DNA of 64,000 nucleotides from an uncultured virus (IMG/VR IMGVR_UViG_3300025605_000006). Taxonomy: Duplodnaviria > Heunggongvirae > Uroviricota > Caudoviricetes. The notes under the pieces were generated by a model. That model ran no database searches. It was given only the letters and a program-made list of their open reading frames with translations, and was not told the origin of the DNA. The DNA lies in IMG/VR virus record IMGVR_UViG_3300025605_000006; one strand, given 5' to 3'. The position numbers were made by a program, and so were the translations under genes. Below, one piece after another: positions 45,019-54,081 of the stretch (the stretch's first letter is position 1; each line of letters starts with the position of its first letter).

Positions 45019-45108
45019 CGAAAACCAAGGCCCGAAAACCAAGACCCAAAACCCCCGTAAGGCCCGAAAACCAAGACCCAAAACCCCCGTAAGGCCCGAA
45101 AACCAAGA
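45019..45108. repeat. 32-bp direct tandem repeat (about 2.5 copies) with four CGAAAACCAAG cores
   Basis: CCCGAAAACCAAGACCCAAAACCCCCGTAAGG at 45031 and 45063, partial copy at 45095. Confidence 0.95.
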
Positions 45109-45229
45109 GTACGGGGCTTCGCCTGTGTGTCTTCTTGGGTTTGTAAGTCGCTTGTTTTGGCCTGGGTCGTTTGTTTCGAGTTGATTCCTTTCCAAATCAC
45201 CCCCGCAACCATGTAGAAAACGATGATTA

Positions 45230-45700
45230 GAGGGGTTTTGAAGGGTTAGAAGAGGTTTTTTAGAAGGTTAGTGTAGAGGATCTTCACCTCGATGAGGGGG
45301 GTGACAGGGAGCCCCCACGTTGTGTGTTGTTCACGTTTTTTACGTTGTCGATGTTGTTGTTGTGTGTTCTTCCTTCTCTGCTTCTCCTTTCTAGATGTCG
45401 TCTGTGACCCCTCTGTGTTGCCCTGTGTTGAGAGTTTTGTGGGTGGGTGGGGGGGTTGGTGCGGAGAGGGGGGTTCTCGTCTCTGAGGGGCCTTGTGTGC
45501 CGTCTGAGGGGATTTGGTGTTTTGGGGTGTTGTGGGACTTTGGGACTTGCGTCTCGAAGTGGGGTAGAACGTGTTCTAGTTTTGGTTTGGGGGTTGTGTG
45601 GGTTTCGGGGGTGTTTTTGGGGAAAACGTTGATTTTCCGGGGTTTTTGGGTTTTGGGGGGTTCATTTCGTAACATTTGGAGGCCCGGTTTTGGGGTAAGT
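45230..45700. other. low-complexity G/T-skewed non-coding region
   Basis: runs of TTTTGGGG / GTGTT with very few A; no credible ORF. Confidence 0.75.
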
Positions 45701-45827
45701 TCAAAAAATGAACTTGTTGTAAATAAAGGGCAAAGTCATGGTCGCCCACCAGTCCCAATACCGACTGTGGGGAGCCTCTTTTTTTGTAACATTACTCCCG
45801 ATTTCTGTAACGGAACCGTAACAATTC

Positions 45828-46055
45828 TCAGAAGAGGGACTCCTGACCCTTCACACCCATCACCCGATCAGCCCCACACTTCGCGCAAATCACACGCCCA
45901 GTCCACTTGTTCCAACGAAGATTGTTCGTCCCCCCAATCTTCCCACGATAAACAGCCCACCCGCGAGTCTCCAAATAACACCCCAACTCCTTCGGATCAC
46001 ACATCTTCCCGCAATCCACACACTTAGCAACGTTCCTGTCAGGAGTAGTAGGCAT
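45828..46055 (-). CDS. small zinc-binding hypothetical protein
   Basis: CVDC...CAKC. Confidence 0.55.
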   Translation of the reverse strand: MPTTPDRNVAKCVDCGKMCDPKELGCYLETRGWAVYRGKIGGTNNLRWNKWTGRVICAKCGADRVMGVKGQESLF

Positions 46056-46176
46056 AGAAGAAGAAGATACAGGAGAGATCTTCACTTTGGCAGCGCAGTG
46101 AGGGGAAGTGAGGCCCGCCCCGTTGTCGTAGATTCGACTTGTAGCATTGGGACTGTAGGACTTTCAAGGAGTTGTG

Positions 46177-46482
46177 ATGTCACGTTCACAGATGGTGAAC
46201 TTCAGGTTGCGTGAGGAGGATGTACCTCGCCTGGATGCTGCTGCGAAGCAGGCTGGGATGTCCCGGTCGGATTTCATTCGTGAAGCTGTTGCTCGTCTTG
46301 TAGCAAGCTATACGTCGGACCGTAAGTCACCTGTTGAGATGCGGCCCGCTGACGGGCGTGGCCCTGCTGTGGAAAAGGTGCGCACCCCGTTCCCTGACTG
46401 CCCGAGGTCTTCGCAGTGCAAGATTCAGAAGACGACGACTGGAGTGAAGGCCTGTTTGACTTGTCAGGCAAGGTTCGCTTGA
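46177..46482 (+). CDS. CopG-like ribbon-helix-helix protein with C-terminal Cys cluster
   Basis: VNFRL...LDAAAKQAGMSRSDFIREAV; AAGGAG SD. Confidence 0.8.
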   Translation: MSRSQMVNFRLREEDVPRLDAAAKQAGMSRSDFIREAVARLVASYTSDRKSPVEMRPADGRGPAVEKVRTPFPDCPRSSQCKIQKTTTGVKACLTCQARFA

Positions 46483-46549
46483 GGACTTTCGGACTTCCGG
46501 ACTGTGGGACTCTTGGACTGTGGGACTTCCGGACTTTCGGACTTTTGGA
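46483..46549 (+). repeat. (GGACTNNN)8 phased array
   Basis: eight consecutive 8-bp units starting immediately after the RHH stop codon. Confidence 0.95.
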
Positions 46550-46560
46550 AGAGATCGCAG

Positions 46561-47076
46561 ATGAACATCAGGAGAAAGTTGATGTCTTGGATGCCTGAGG
46601 ATTGGATGCCTCAATGGTTGGAGGAGTCAGGGTATGTGGGGGGCTGTGATGTCGATGAGGAGGCAGCTAGCCCGCCCCAACGTTTCCACCTGGAGGAACG
46701 TACCTCGATTGAACGTGACTTGAATCACCTGGATAACCGTTATCTGGTTCGAAAGGGGGATGAGGAGACTCTTGAGGCTCTGGTTCAGGGCTACGAGTTC
46801 GCTTTGAAGGCTTTCGAGGCGGGGCGTACTCGATGGGTGAAGAAGCGTGGCAACAGTCACTTCGATGTGGCTCATCAGTTGGAGTTGGAATCCGTGGAGC
46901 TTCTCTCGCTGTGGCTCTGCTTGGATGACCTGAGGGAAGCCTGCCTACACCTCAAGGATTTCCTCAACGAACTGGCAACCCTGGGGGCTGATAGAGCCCC
47001 GGAGCACATCAAGGCCAGGAAACGCCTGGAGGACCAGGAAACCACCCAAGTTTTAGGGCCTTCCGACCCTTTTTGA
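46561..47076 (+). CDS. hypothetical protein
   Basis: ORF after the array; upstream extension is repeat-derived. Confidence 0.6.
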   Translation: MNIRRKLMSWMPEDWMPQWLEESGYVGGCDVDEEAASPPQRFHLEERTSIERDLNHLDNRYLVRKGDEETLEALVQGYEFALKAFEAGRTRWVKKRGNSHFDVAHQLELESVELLSLWLCLDDLREACLHLKDFLNELATLGADRAPEHIKARKRLEDQETTQVLGPSDPF

Positions 47077-47272
47077 GTTTCCCGAAACCCCCAAGAAGAC
47101 GTCCGTAAGACGGTTTTTGTGTTTCTGAGGGGCAACCAGAGCCCCCCCTAGCACCCCCGGACTACTCCAAACGTCCAGTATTAGGGCTTGTCCTTATAGG
47201 AGTCCGGACGCATCTGATCTTAGGGCTATATCGTCCCGTCCAGTCCTGTCCTAGCTCTCTCTCAGCTTCTCT

Positions 47273-47301
47273 CGAACGTCCGTTCCTCGAACACTTGTTC
47301 G
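47273..47301. promoter_or_regulatory. tandem LexA (SOS) boxes
   Basis: CGAACGTCCGTTCC-T-CGAACACTTGTTCG against the CGAAC-N4-GTTCG consensus. Confidence 0.7.
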
Positions 47302-47503
47302 GTCGGACCTGCCAATGAGTGAATCTACCCAGTGGGTGATTCTGAGATTTCCTCTTGACTTCGAGGGCGACATGAGCTAGGAGCACTCTAGCAGCCCGAT
47401 CTCCGCATGTCTAGATTGGGTAGTGTTACCTACTTGACGTGTGGGGGTGCTGGCTATACGGTAGGGGTCGAATCTTCGGGAGGAAGAAAGTTCAGATTTC
47501 CTC

Positions 47504-47532
47504 TTGACAACAAGAAGGAGACAAGGTAAGGT
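47504..47532 (+). promoter_or_regulatory. housekeeping-sigma promoter (leaderless gene)
   Basis: TTGACA-17-TAAGGT-6-ATG. Confidence 0.85.
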
Positions 47533-47538
47533 GACGTC

Positions 47539-47721
47539 ATGAGATTCAGCGAGGAAGTCAACAGGAAGACAGCAGCCTTCGTGGAGGATGTTGTGGCAGC
47601 CGTCATTGACGACTGTCTGGAATCCGTGGCGCTGGCCTTGGAGGCCGGGGTGCGGGACCAGGACATGAGGACTGCGGTACTGGACACCGTGAAGGACTAC
47701 TTGTCGAGAGAGTGGTTCTAG
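47539..47721 (+). CDS. hypothetical protein
   Basis: ATG at the predicted +1. Confidence 0.7.
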   Translation: MRFSEEVNRKTAAFVEDVVAAVIDDCLESVALALEAGVRDQDMRTAVLDTVKDYLSREWF

Positions 47722-47762
47722 TGAACGTGTCGTATGTCACGTTGGATGGGAAGAAAAACCAC

Positions 47763-47791
47763 TTGACAAGCGACAGGAAAGCCGGTAAGGT
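47763..47791 (+). promoter_or_regulatory. promoter (leaderless gene)
   Basis: TTGACA-17-TAAGGT-6-ATG. Confidence 0.85.
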
Positions 47792-47797
47792 GAACCC

Positions 47798-48031
47798 ATG
47801 AGCAGCTACTACATAGCGGGGGCCTACAACCTCCCCGGAACAGGAGTCCCCGGTAACGTGATGGGGGACTGCGGACACCGCCACAGGACCGAGGACACCG
47901 CTTGGGACTGCCTCGCTAGGACTACCCGAAAGGTCAAGAGGCTCTACGGGGAGGATGCGTTCTGCGACAGGCAGGTGCTCCTCGTCGTGGATGGAGTGAA
48001 AACTCGACCCCGGAGAAAAGAAATCTTCTGA
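47798..48031 (+). CDS. hypothetical protein
   Basis: ATG at the predicted +1; CGHRHRT...C. Confidence 0.7.
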   Translation: MSSYYIAGAYNLPGTGVPGNVMGDCGHRHRTEDTAWDCLARTTRKVKRLYGEDAFCDRQVLLVVDGVKTRPRRKEIF

Positions 48032-48037
48032 AAGCAC

Positions 48038-48066
48038 TTGACAAGCCGACCAACCCGTGTTAGCTT
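48038..48066 (+). promoter_or_regulatory. promoter for rIIA
   Basis: TTGACA-17-TAGCTT, then AAAGGA SD. Confidence 0.75.
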
Positions 48067-48099
48067 GTATCACACACCACAGGAAAGGAACCCAACACC

Positions 48100-50016
48100 A
48101 TGAAGATCACCACCACACGCAGCGTCACCAACAACTTCGCTGGTCTCGAAACCCACAAGGTCGGGATCGCGGCCAACGGGAAGGCCTTCTCGGGTCTCGT
48201 CAAGGGGATCTACGAGAACAAGATCCAGGCCTTCGTGCGGGAGCTTTCCACCAACGCTCTCGACGGCCACATCGTTGCAGGCGTGGAGGATCAGCCCTTC
48301 CACGTCAGCTTCCCCGACCTCTTCGACCCCTACTTCCGGGTGCGTGACTACGGATGCTCCATGGATCACGAGCACGTCGTCAACATCTTCGGAACCCTCT
48401 TTGAGTCGAGCAAGGATCAATCCAACGACGTTGTTGGGGCCTTCGGTCTGGGTAGCAAGTCGCCCCTGGCCTACGCTGACTCGTTTGAGGTGCGGGCCTT
48501 CCTGAACGGGGAGGAGCGGATCTACCTTGTCACGATCGGTGACGACGGAGCGCCCCAGATCACCGTACTCGGCAAGGTTGCCACCGACAAGCCCAACGGC
48601 ATCGAGGTGGCAGTGCCCATCGAGGAGGTTCACTTTACCCGAGTGTTGGAGGAGGGCCGCAAGGTTCTGCGGGCGTTCGACGTTCTCCCTACCACTAACG
48701 GGGTGGAGATTCAGCCCATGAAGCGTTACGTGGATGTCGACCTGGGCGGGGGAGTGAAGGCCTTCGTGATCGACTCCAAGGAGTCATCCCTGTTCGTTCG
48801 TCAGGGGTGTGTCATGTACCCGGTGGATGACTTCACGCTGACCCAGCACACCCGCGGTATTGCTTACGACAACGCCTTGGTGCTGGATGTTCCCATCGGA
48901 ACCTCCTCCGTCACTCTCTCACGAGAGGCCTTGGAGTTGGATGAGAACGCTCGCCAGAAGATCGCTTCCCTGACGGGTGAGGCCATGAAGGTCATCGAGG
49001 TCAAGATTGAGGCCGATCTCGCCAAGTTCCCCAATCGCCTCAAGGCCGTGGAGGCCTACACTGAGGGCAACCTTGGTGGCTTCTGGATCAAGCCCCTCAA
49101 GTTCCGCGGGGAGAGGCTTGACAACTGGCTTCACTTGACGGGCAATCCTAACCGCTCTGGAGATGCCATCAGCGTCAAGGTCGGCACTAAGCGAGGTGTG
49201 TCGGTGCTTCAGCAGATGTGTTGGAGTGATGCCAGGCAGGCTCTGTTCGTCACCGAGTACCCGGAGCGCGACGCCCACCTGAAGCTGAAGCGCACCATCA
49301 TGCGGTACCGGAAGGTCGTGGAGGAGCGAGGAGACAAGCTCACCTACCTGTTGACCAATCCAACACCGCGCACCTTGGAGCGTTTGACTCGACTTCTGGG
49401 TCTTCGATCCGACCAGATCGTTTGGGTCGGGTCACTTGAGGATCCCGGCCCCCCTCAGAGCGACAAGGTGTCGACTGTCGACGGGTACGTTCCTGGCGTC
49501 ACCACCCCCAACAGTCGCAACAACAAGGTCAAGGCTGAGGATATGGCCGAGGAGTTCTACTGGATCGCGGCGACTCGCCCCAACATGAACGAGCGGTGGG
49601 AGTTCCGACAGATGGCTTACCGAGTGCGCTCAGCGGGAGGGCGGGCCATCCCCGTCTACGTGCTCAACAAGCAGGCCGTCAAGAATCTCAAGCCGAACCC
49701 GGAGTTGGAGTTGCGCCACGCCTGGAAGCTCATCATGGACAGCCACGTGGATGCTCTCAAGGAACGCCGACTCTATCGGATGCTTCTGGAGCGGCTCCCG
49801 CTTGAGGCGAGGTTCCTGGTGGATCCCCCCGAGTCGACGGTTCCTCAGGCGATCGTGGATGTCGGGGAGTTGACATCCGAGGAGTTGAGCGAGCTTGCCG
49901 AGGAGGCTCAGCGCCAGGTAGCCGACTGGAAGGCCAAGTACCCTCTCATGATCCGCCCGACGGATCAGGAGTTGAGGGCTTACGTCGCCCAGTGTGACGA
50001 GGCTGCTGAAGCCTGA
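48100..50016 (+). CDS. rIIA: RIIA-like protein (N-terminal GHKL/HATPase domain)
   Basis: IYENKIQAFVRELSTNALD, VRDYG, GAFGLGSKSP, NGIEV; followed by rIIB. Confidence 0.88.
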   Translation: MKITTTRSVTNNFAGLETHKVGIAANGKAFSGLVKGIYENKIQAFVRELSTNALDGHIVAGVEDQPFHVSFPDLFDPYFRVRDYGCSMDHEHVVNIFGTLFESSKDQSNDVVGAFGLGSKSPLAYADSFEVRAFLNGEERIYLVTIGDDGAPQITVLGKVATDKPNGIEVAVPIEEVHFTRVLEEGRKVLRAFDVLPTTNGVEIQPMKRYVDVDLGGGVKAFVIDSKESSLFVRQGCVMYPVDDFTLTQHTRGIAYDNALVLDVPIGTSSVTLSREALELDENARQKIASLTGEAMKVIEVKIEADLAKFPNRLKAVEAYTEGNLGGFWIKPLKFRGERLDNWLHLTGNPNRSGDAISVKVGTKRGVSVLQQMCWSDARQALFVTEYPERDAHLKLKRTIMRYRKVVEERGDKLTYLLTNPTPRTLERLTRLLGLRSDQIVWVGSLEDPGPPQSDKVSTVDGYVPGVTTPNSRNNKVKAEDMAEEFYWIAATRPNMNERWEFRQMAYRVRSAGGRAIPVYVLNKQAVKNLKPNPELELRHAWKLIMDSHVDALKERRLYRMLLERLPLEARFLVDPPESTVPQAIVDVGELTSEELSELAEEAQRQVADWKAKYPLMIRPTDQELRAYVAQCDEAAEA

Positions 50017-50020
50017 GGCT

Positions 50021-50080
50021 GGGGGGGGGTCAGGAAATCTCTGGCCCCCCCTTGACAACGAAGACAATCCATAGTACAGT
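50021..50080 (+). promoter_or_regulatory. hairpin plus promoter for rIIB
   Basis: GGGGGGGTCAG/CTGGCCCCCCC stem abutting TTGACA(50052)-17-TACAGT. Confidence 0.8.
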
Positions 50081-50112
50081 ACCTACAAGCAACCCGAAAG
50101 GAACCCACCACC

Positions 50113-51090
50113 ATGATTCCCTATCAGAACACCGACCGCAGCGTCACCGTCGTTCTCACCACCGATACCGGCACGGAGGTCCACAACCTGCTCAAGGATG
50201 ACAACGGCATCGCTGAGCAGGCGCTGGATCTCCTGACGACCGAGGTGCACGACGAGGCGCTGGTCGCCACGCTGGCCCGCCTCCTCAACCCCGCCTCGGC
50301 TCTGGCCGAGGTGGACGACGACCGGGTGACCGTCGAGGGTCGCACCGTGCTGTTCGACGGAGAGGGCGTGCCGAGCGCACTGACCAGGAAGCTGCTCACG
50401 GTCGCCCGCGAGGGCCTCGACCTGAAGCCGTGGAAGCGGTTCGTGGTGCGGCTGTTCAGCAACCCCAACCGGGCCGCTCAGGCCGAGTTGAACGAGTTCT
50501 TGGAGGCTGGCAACCTGCCCATCACTGAGGATGGCTGCTTCCTGGCCTACAAGCGGGTGTGTAGCGACTACCGTGACTGCTACTCGGGCAAGTTCGACAA
50601 CTCCGTCGGCCAGGTCGTGGAGATGGAGCGATCCGACGTGGATGCCGACCGCAACCGCACGTGCTCGCGGGGCCTGCACTTCTGCTCGCAGGAGTACCTG
50701 AAGCACTTCTACGGGGGCCGCGGTCGCATCGTGGTCGTCAAGGTCGATCCCGCTGACGTCGTGTCCATCCCGATCGACTACAACTACACGAAGGGCCGGA
50801 CGTGGCGCTACGAGGTCGTCGGTGAGGTCGACGTGAGCACCGAGGATGTCGCCCAGGAGTGGGGAGTCTACGCCTTCGACTTCGACGCCTTCGACTCCGA
50901 CTACGAGGAGTGGGATGATCCCCTCGACTACGAGGATGAGGATGAGGATGACCCATTCGACGGAATGGATGAGGATGAGGAGGCCAGCGACGAGGTTATG
51001 AGCGACTTCGGGCAGGTCTACGCTCCTGCCACCAAGCCGAGCAAGTTCAGTTCCTGGTGGAACAAGAACCTTGTTCTCTTCGGTCGCTGA
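50113..51090 (+). CDS. rIIB: RIIB-like protein
   Basis: NP...EL..FL....LPITEDGCFLAYKRV...DNSVG...CSRGLHFCS...VKVDPADVVSIPIDYN..KGR. Confidence 0.92.
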   Translation: MIPYQNTDRSVTVVLTTDTGTEVHNLLKDDNGIAEQALDLLTTEVHDEALVATLARLLNPASALAEVDDDRVTVEGRTVLFDGEGVPSALTRKLLTVAREGLDLKPWKRFVVRLFSNPNRAAQAELNEFLEAGNLPITEDGCFLAYKRVCSDYRDCYSGKFDNSVGQVVEMERSDVDADRNRTCSRGLHFCSQEYLKHFYGGRGRIVVVKVDPADVVSIPIDYNYTKGRTWRYEVVGEVDVSTEDVAQEWGVYAFDFDAFDSDYEEWDDPLDYEDEDEDDPFDGMDEDEEASDEVMSDFGQVYAPATKPSKFSSWWNKNLVLFGR

Positions 51091-51108
51091 CGCAAGGAAG
51101 CGTTGGCC

Positions 51109-51183
51109 GGGAGGGCTGAGGGTTGTGGTGTTCCCCCAGCCCTCCCGAAGCACTTGACAACCAACACCATTTCATGGTACAAA
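51109..51183 (+). promoter_or_regulatory. hairpin plus promoter
   Basis: GGGAGGGCTG/CAGCCCTCCC stem; TTGACA(51154)-18-TACAAA. Confidence 0.65.
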
Positions 51184-51214
51184 GAAACCCCAACAACGAA
51201 AGGAACACCAAACC

Positions 51215-51370
51215 ATGACCAAGTACAAGGCAACCATCACCGTGGAGGGCGAGGCCGAGGATCCTGATAGCATGTTGAGTGACGGCACGTCGCTCCTTCT
51301 GGCCTATCTGGCCCACGAGGGAGAGAAGGTCGTTGTCGACTGGAAGCTCCACGAGGATGATGACGAGTGA
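51215..51370 (+). CDS. small hypothetical protein (51 aa, absent from ORF track)
   Basis: AAAGGA SD; MTKYKATITVEG... Confidence 0.65.
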   Translation: MTKYKATITVEGEAEDPDSMLSDGTSLLLAYLAHEGEKVVVDWKLHEDDDE

Positions 51371-51567
51371 CAGCAACGCTTGAAGCTGAGCCGGAGGCCA
51401 TCAGGGAGGACGGACTGGACTCCCTGGTAAGGGAACTGGATGGGCAGGTCGCTGGCCTCCCTAAATCGGACCTAATAGCGAGAAGCGTTGTCGTGGATGC
51501 TTTCCTGGATCTCAGGAATGTGATGACCGCCACGGTTTTTTCGACGGGGCCAGGGGTTTGCAACTGA
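51367..51567 (+). CDS. hypothetical protein
   Basis: GTGA coupling. Confidence 0.55.
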   Translation: MTATLEAEPEAIREDGLDSLVRELDGQVAGLPKSDLIARSVVVDAFLDLRNVMTATVFSTGPGVCN

Positions 51568-51787
51568 CAACCATGTCGTTGGGGATAGCTACACCACTGG
51601 CGACATGAGCATCCGATAGGTTGAGGGCCACCACATGGTGGCCCTTCTTCCTGTTTGGGAGCAGCCACCCTACCGTGCTGACTAGGTATTCGGAGTTGTC
51701 GGTGGGGGCCTCTAGGTCTTCCCAGGATGTGAGGGTGTCGTGAGCGTCTTTCCAGGTGATGATGACTGGGTGAGGGAGTGAGGGCAT
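51512..51787 (-). CDS. conserved phage hypothetical protein
   Basis: IITWKDA...STVGWL...IPNDMV pattern. Confidence 0.65.
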   Translation of the reverse strand: MPSLPHPVIITWKDAHDTLTSWEDLEAPTDNSEYLVSTVGWLLPNRKKGHHVVALNLSDAHVASGVAIPNDMVVSCKPLAPSKKPWRSSHS

Positions 51788-51839
51788 GAGGTGATTTTAC
51801 CTCTTGACATGGCCCCTTGTATCAGGTAAAGTGTCACAC

Positions 51840-52001
51840 ATGGAAGACATCAAGGAGTACCAAGTGTCAATCGAGTTCACATGCGGGGCAGCCACCCCAG
51901 AGGAGGCAGTCGACCAGTTCCGAGACTGGCTAGCCGAGGGATCGAGAACCATCGTCGTTCACGACCTCGCCAGGCACATCGACCACGAAATCAACCTCTG
52001 A
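51840..52001 (+). CDS. hypothetical protein (leaderless)
   Basis: TTGACA(51804)-17-TAAAGT-7-ATG. Confidence 0.65.
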   Translation: MEDIKEYQVSIEFTCGAATPEEAVDQFRDWLAEGSRTIVVHDLARHIDHEINL

Positions 52002-52013
52002 GGGGAGTCCGCC

Positions 52014-52373
52014 ATGGGAATGGATCTGATCGTCGCAGTCTGCCACCAGCGTCACCCTGAACGCACCTGGGAAAACTTGCAGCAGCGTGTCAGCCAGATA
52101 ACATACGAGGAGGCCGAGCGCCTGTTCGTCGAAGTGGAAGGGGCCGGACCGGACCAACTGATGGACAATCCCGAGGATGACCTCCTGGGCTACGTCAAGG
52201 ACAAGATCACCGAAGGGCTGGAAGTTGGCTGCCTGGGGGCCTGGGACAGCAGCATCCTCCCCATTGAGGATCTAGCCGGGAACACCATCCTTGTCGGAGG
52301 AGGCAACTCCTGGGGAGACACCCCCGACGGGTACGCTGCCGTCATCTACCTGGAAGCATGGGGGGAGTGGTGA
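52014..52373 (+). CDS. hypothetical protein
   Basis: GGAG SD; GGGNSWGDTP. Confidence 0.7.
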   Translation: MGMDLIVAVCHQRHPERTWENLQQRVSQITYEEAERLFVEVEGAGPDQLMDNPEDDLLGYVKDKITEGLEVGCLGAWDSSILPIEDLAGNTILVGGGNSWGDTPDGYAAVIYLEAWGEW

Positions 52374-52426
52374 AACTTTTCAAGAAACCCCTTGACAACC
52401 AGCGATACTTGGCGTAAAGTGAACCC

Positions 52427-52816
52427 ATGAGCAGCAGATCAGAGGTTTACCGTAATCTCCACACCGGCACCTGGAGCCTCCGGGAATCCGTGTGGGATAC
52501 GTCGACTGCCACCTGGAAGAAGCGTGTCGTCGGGCACCCCACTCAGGTCACCTTGCGTGATGCCACCATGGTCGTTCAACCTGGAGGTAACCGCAGAGTC
52601 CGAGAGGAGGTCCGCAAGAACGTGCATGCCTTCATCAAGGGCAAGGTCACCAGATTCGACTTCGATCCTGCCAGCCTCCAGGAAGGGGAGTGGCGTCAAC
52701 TCACCTACAACCCCTACGAGCGCACAACGTTCGTGGATACTGAGACCGGAGAGCCGGTACTCACCGCCTCCGCAGTGCAGATGGATTCCAACCTCGGAGT
52801 CTTCTACACCCCCTGA
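52427..52816 (+). CDS. conserved phage hypothetical protein (leaderless)
   Basis: VYRNLH...WS...RKNVHAF...YNPY; TTGACA(52392)-17-TAAAGT-6-ATG. Confidence 0.8.
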   Translation: MSSRSEVYRNLHTGTWSLRESVWDTSTATWKKRVVGHPTQVTLRDATMVVQPGGNRRVREEVRKNVHAFIKGKVTRFDFDPASLQEGEWRQLTYNPYERTTFVDTETGEPVLTASAVQMDSNLGVFYTP

Positions 52817-52836
52817 ACACCACAAGGAGAACAGAA

Positions 52837-53379
52837 ATGCAACTACTAGACGACATCAACGACGAGATCGCAGCCTGCGAGAAGGCCCAGAGTTGGACTT
52901 CCGGGGTCGCCACCCGCTCAGGGTGGGTGGGGGAACTGAAGGGGCTTGCTGTTGGGGCGGAAGCCTTGGAGACCGCTATCCAGTTCAGGGATGAGGCTTC
53001 CGACTACGAGGAGTGGGCGGAACGCCAGATCGCTTATGACTTGACGTTGACTGACTTCGTGGAGGCTGCTCGGGTAGCAACAGACAAGCAGTACGAGCTG
53101 ACTGAGACAGTGGCACGGAGAGCAAACATCTTCGATGCCCGAGAAGCCATCATCAACAAGTACAACGTCGAACCCAACGCTGAGACCATCGAACAGCTCC
53201 TGGAAGAGGTCCGCAACTTCGGGTGGAACGTCGATGACACCATCAATGGGAACCGTGACGGGATCGTACTCAACGACCAGGAAGCATACTCCTACGCCAC
53301 CTGCCGACGATTCGACTCATACGAGGATCCTGGATACGTGACGTTCGACCTGGAGACCGGGGAGGTTCAGAGATGGTGA
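52837..53379 (+). CDS. hypothetical protein
   Basis: AAGGAG SD. Confidence 0.7.
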   Translation: MQLLDDINDEIAACEKAQSWTSGVATRSGWVGELKGLAVGAEALETAIQFRDEASDYEEWAERQIAYDLTLTDFVEAARVATDKQYELTETVARRANIFDAREAIINKYNVEPNAETIEQLLEEVRNFGWNVDDTINGNRDGIVLNDQEAYSYATCRRFDSYEDPGYVTFDLETGEVQRW

Positions 53380-53618
53380 ATACGCTCGCTTCCTACAAGA
53401 GAGACCAGATTGACAAACTGGTCAAGTACGCCATGCTGAGAGCAGAAAGCTACGACTACGAAGTCAATGAAACCACCGTCATGTGGTGGGATCCGGACTT
53501 TCCGGACTTCCTGCACCTCTCTTTCCAATCCCAGATGGAAGACATGGAGGAATCAGGAACGGTGACCCCTGTCATCATGGCAACCTTCTACCATATCGGC
53601 CCTCTTCGAAACTGGTAG
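53373..53618 (+). CDS. hypothetical protein
   Basis: GGAGG SD. Confidence 0.6.
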   Translation: MVNTLASYKRDQIDKLVKYAMLRAESYDYEVNETTVMWWDPDFPDFLHLSFQSQMEDMEESGTVTPVIMATFYHIGPLRNW

Positions 53619-53619
53619 A

Positions 53620-54033
53620 ATGGGGGCCAAGATGGGCCTCAAAAGAACAACGCCACTGAAGCGCACCCAGTTAACCAGTAGAACCAAGCCGGAGAGCAGG
53701 AAGCAGCTTCAAAGCCACAAACGGATACCTGCAAGATCCAAAAAGGCAGAGAGGCTGTACAGGGAGAAGCGACGACCGCTAGTCGAAAAGCTCCTTAGCG
53801 AAAGGCCCTGGTGTGAAGCCTGTGCGTTGTTTGCTGAACTAGACGGCCACACCTTCTACAGGGTGCGCCCAGCTTCCGACTTGCATGAAGTACGAACCAG
53901 AGGGCGAACGGGTGGAATCCACTCCACTGAGTGGCTCGATCCCGACAACATCAAATGCCTCTGTCGGCCCTGCCACCAGAGGGTAACGGAAGACCGAGAC
54001 GGTGAAGCTACCGCTCTCGGACTTTTAGCTTGA
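53620..54033 (+). CDS. HNH-like nuclease
   Basis: KRTTPLKR, CEAC, DLHE..TRGR.GG, NIKCLCRPCH. Confidence 0.7.
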   Translation: MGAKMGLKRTTPLKRTQLTSRTKPESRKQLQSHKRIPARSKKAERLYREKRRPLVEKLLSERPWCEACALFAELDGHTFYRVRPASDLHEVRTRGRTGGIHSTEWLDPDNIKCLCRPCHQRVTEDRDGEATALGLLA

Positions 54034-54081
54034 CAAACCTCGAAAAAGCTGGTACCATCCAGCCCAAACCAAAGGAACCAC

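Noticed and set aside
45027..45108. 32-bp repeats as a CRISPR array
   Set aside because: Copies are directly adjacent with no unique spacers; no cas genes in the window
45540..45700. T4G4 words as ciliate-type telomeric repeats
   Set aside because: Irregular, not tandem and internal to a phage sequence; treated as compositional skew
44931..46027. ORFs in the low-complexity region (44931-45212, 45391-45675, 45395-46027)
   Set aside because: Translations mirror the nucleotide repeats and skew; no SD or promoter support
50083..51153. 356-aa - strand ORF and similar long antisense ORFs (59511-60350, 61356-61925, 48070-48633)
   Set aside because: Shadow frames of high-GC3 genes (rIIB, ardC and others); only the last 32 codons of 59511-60350 have promoter support
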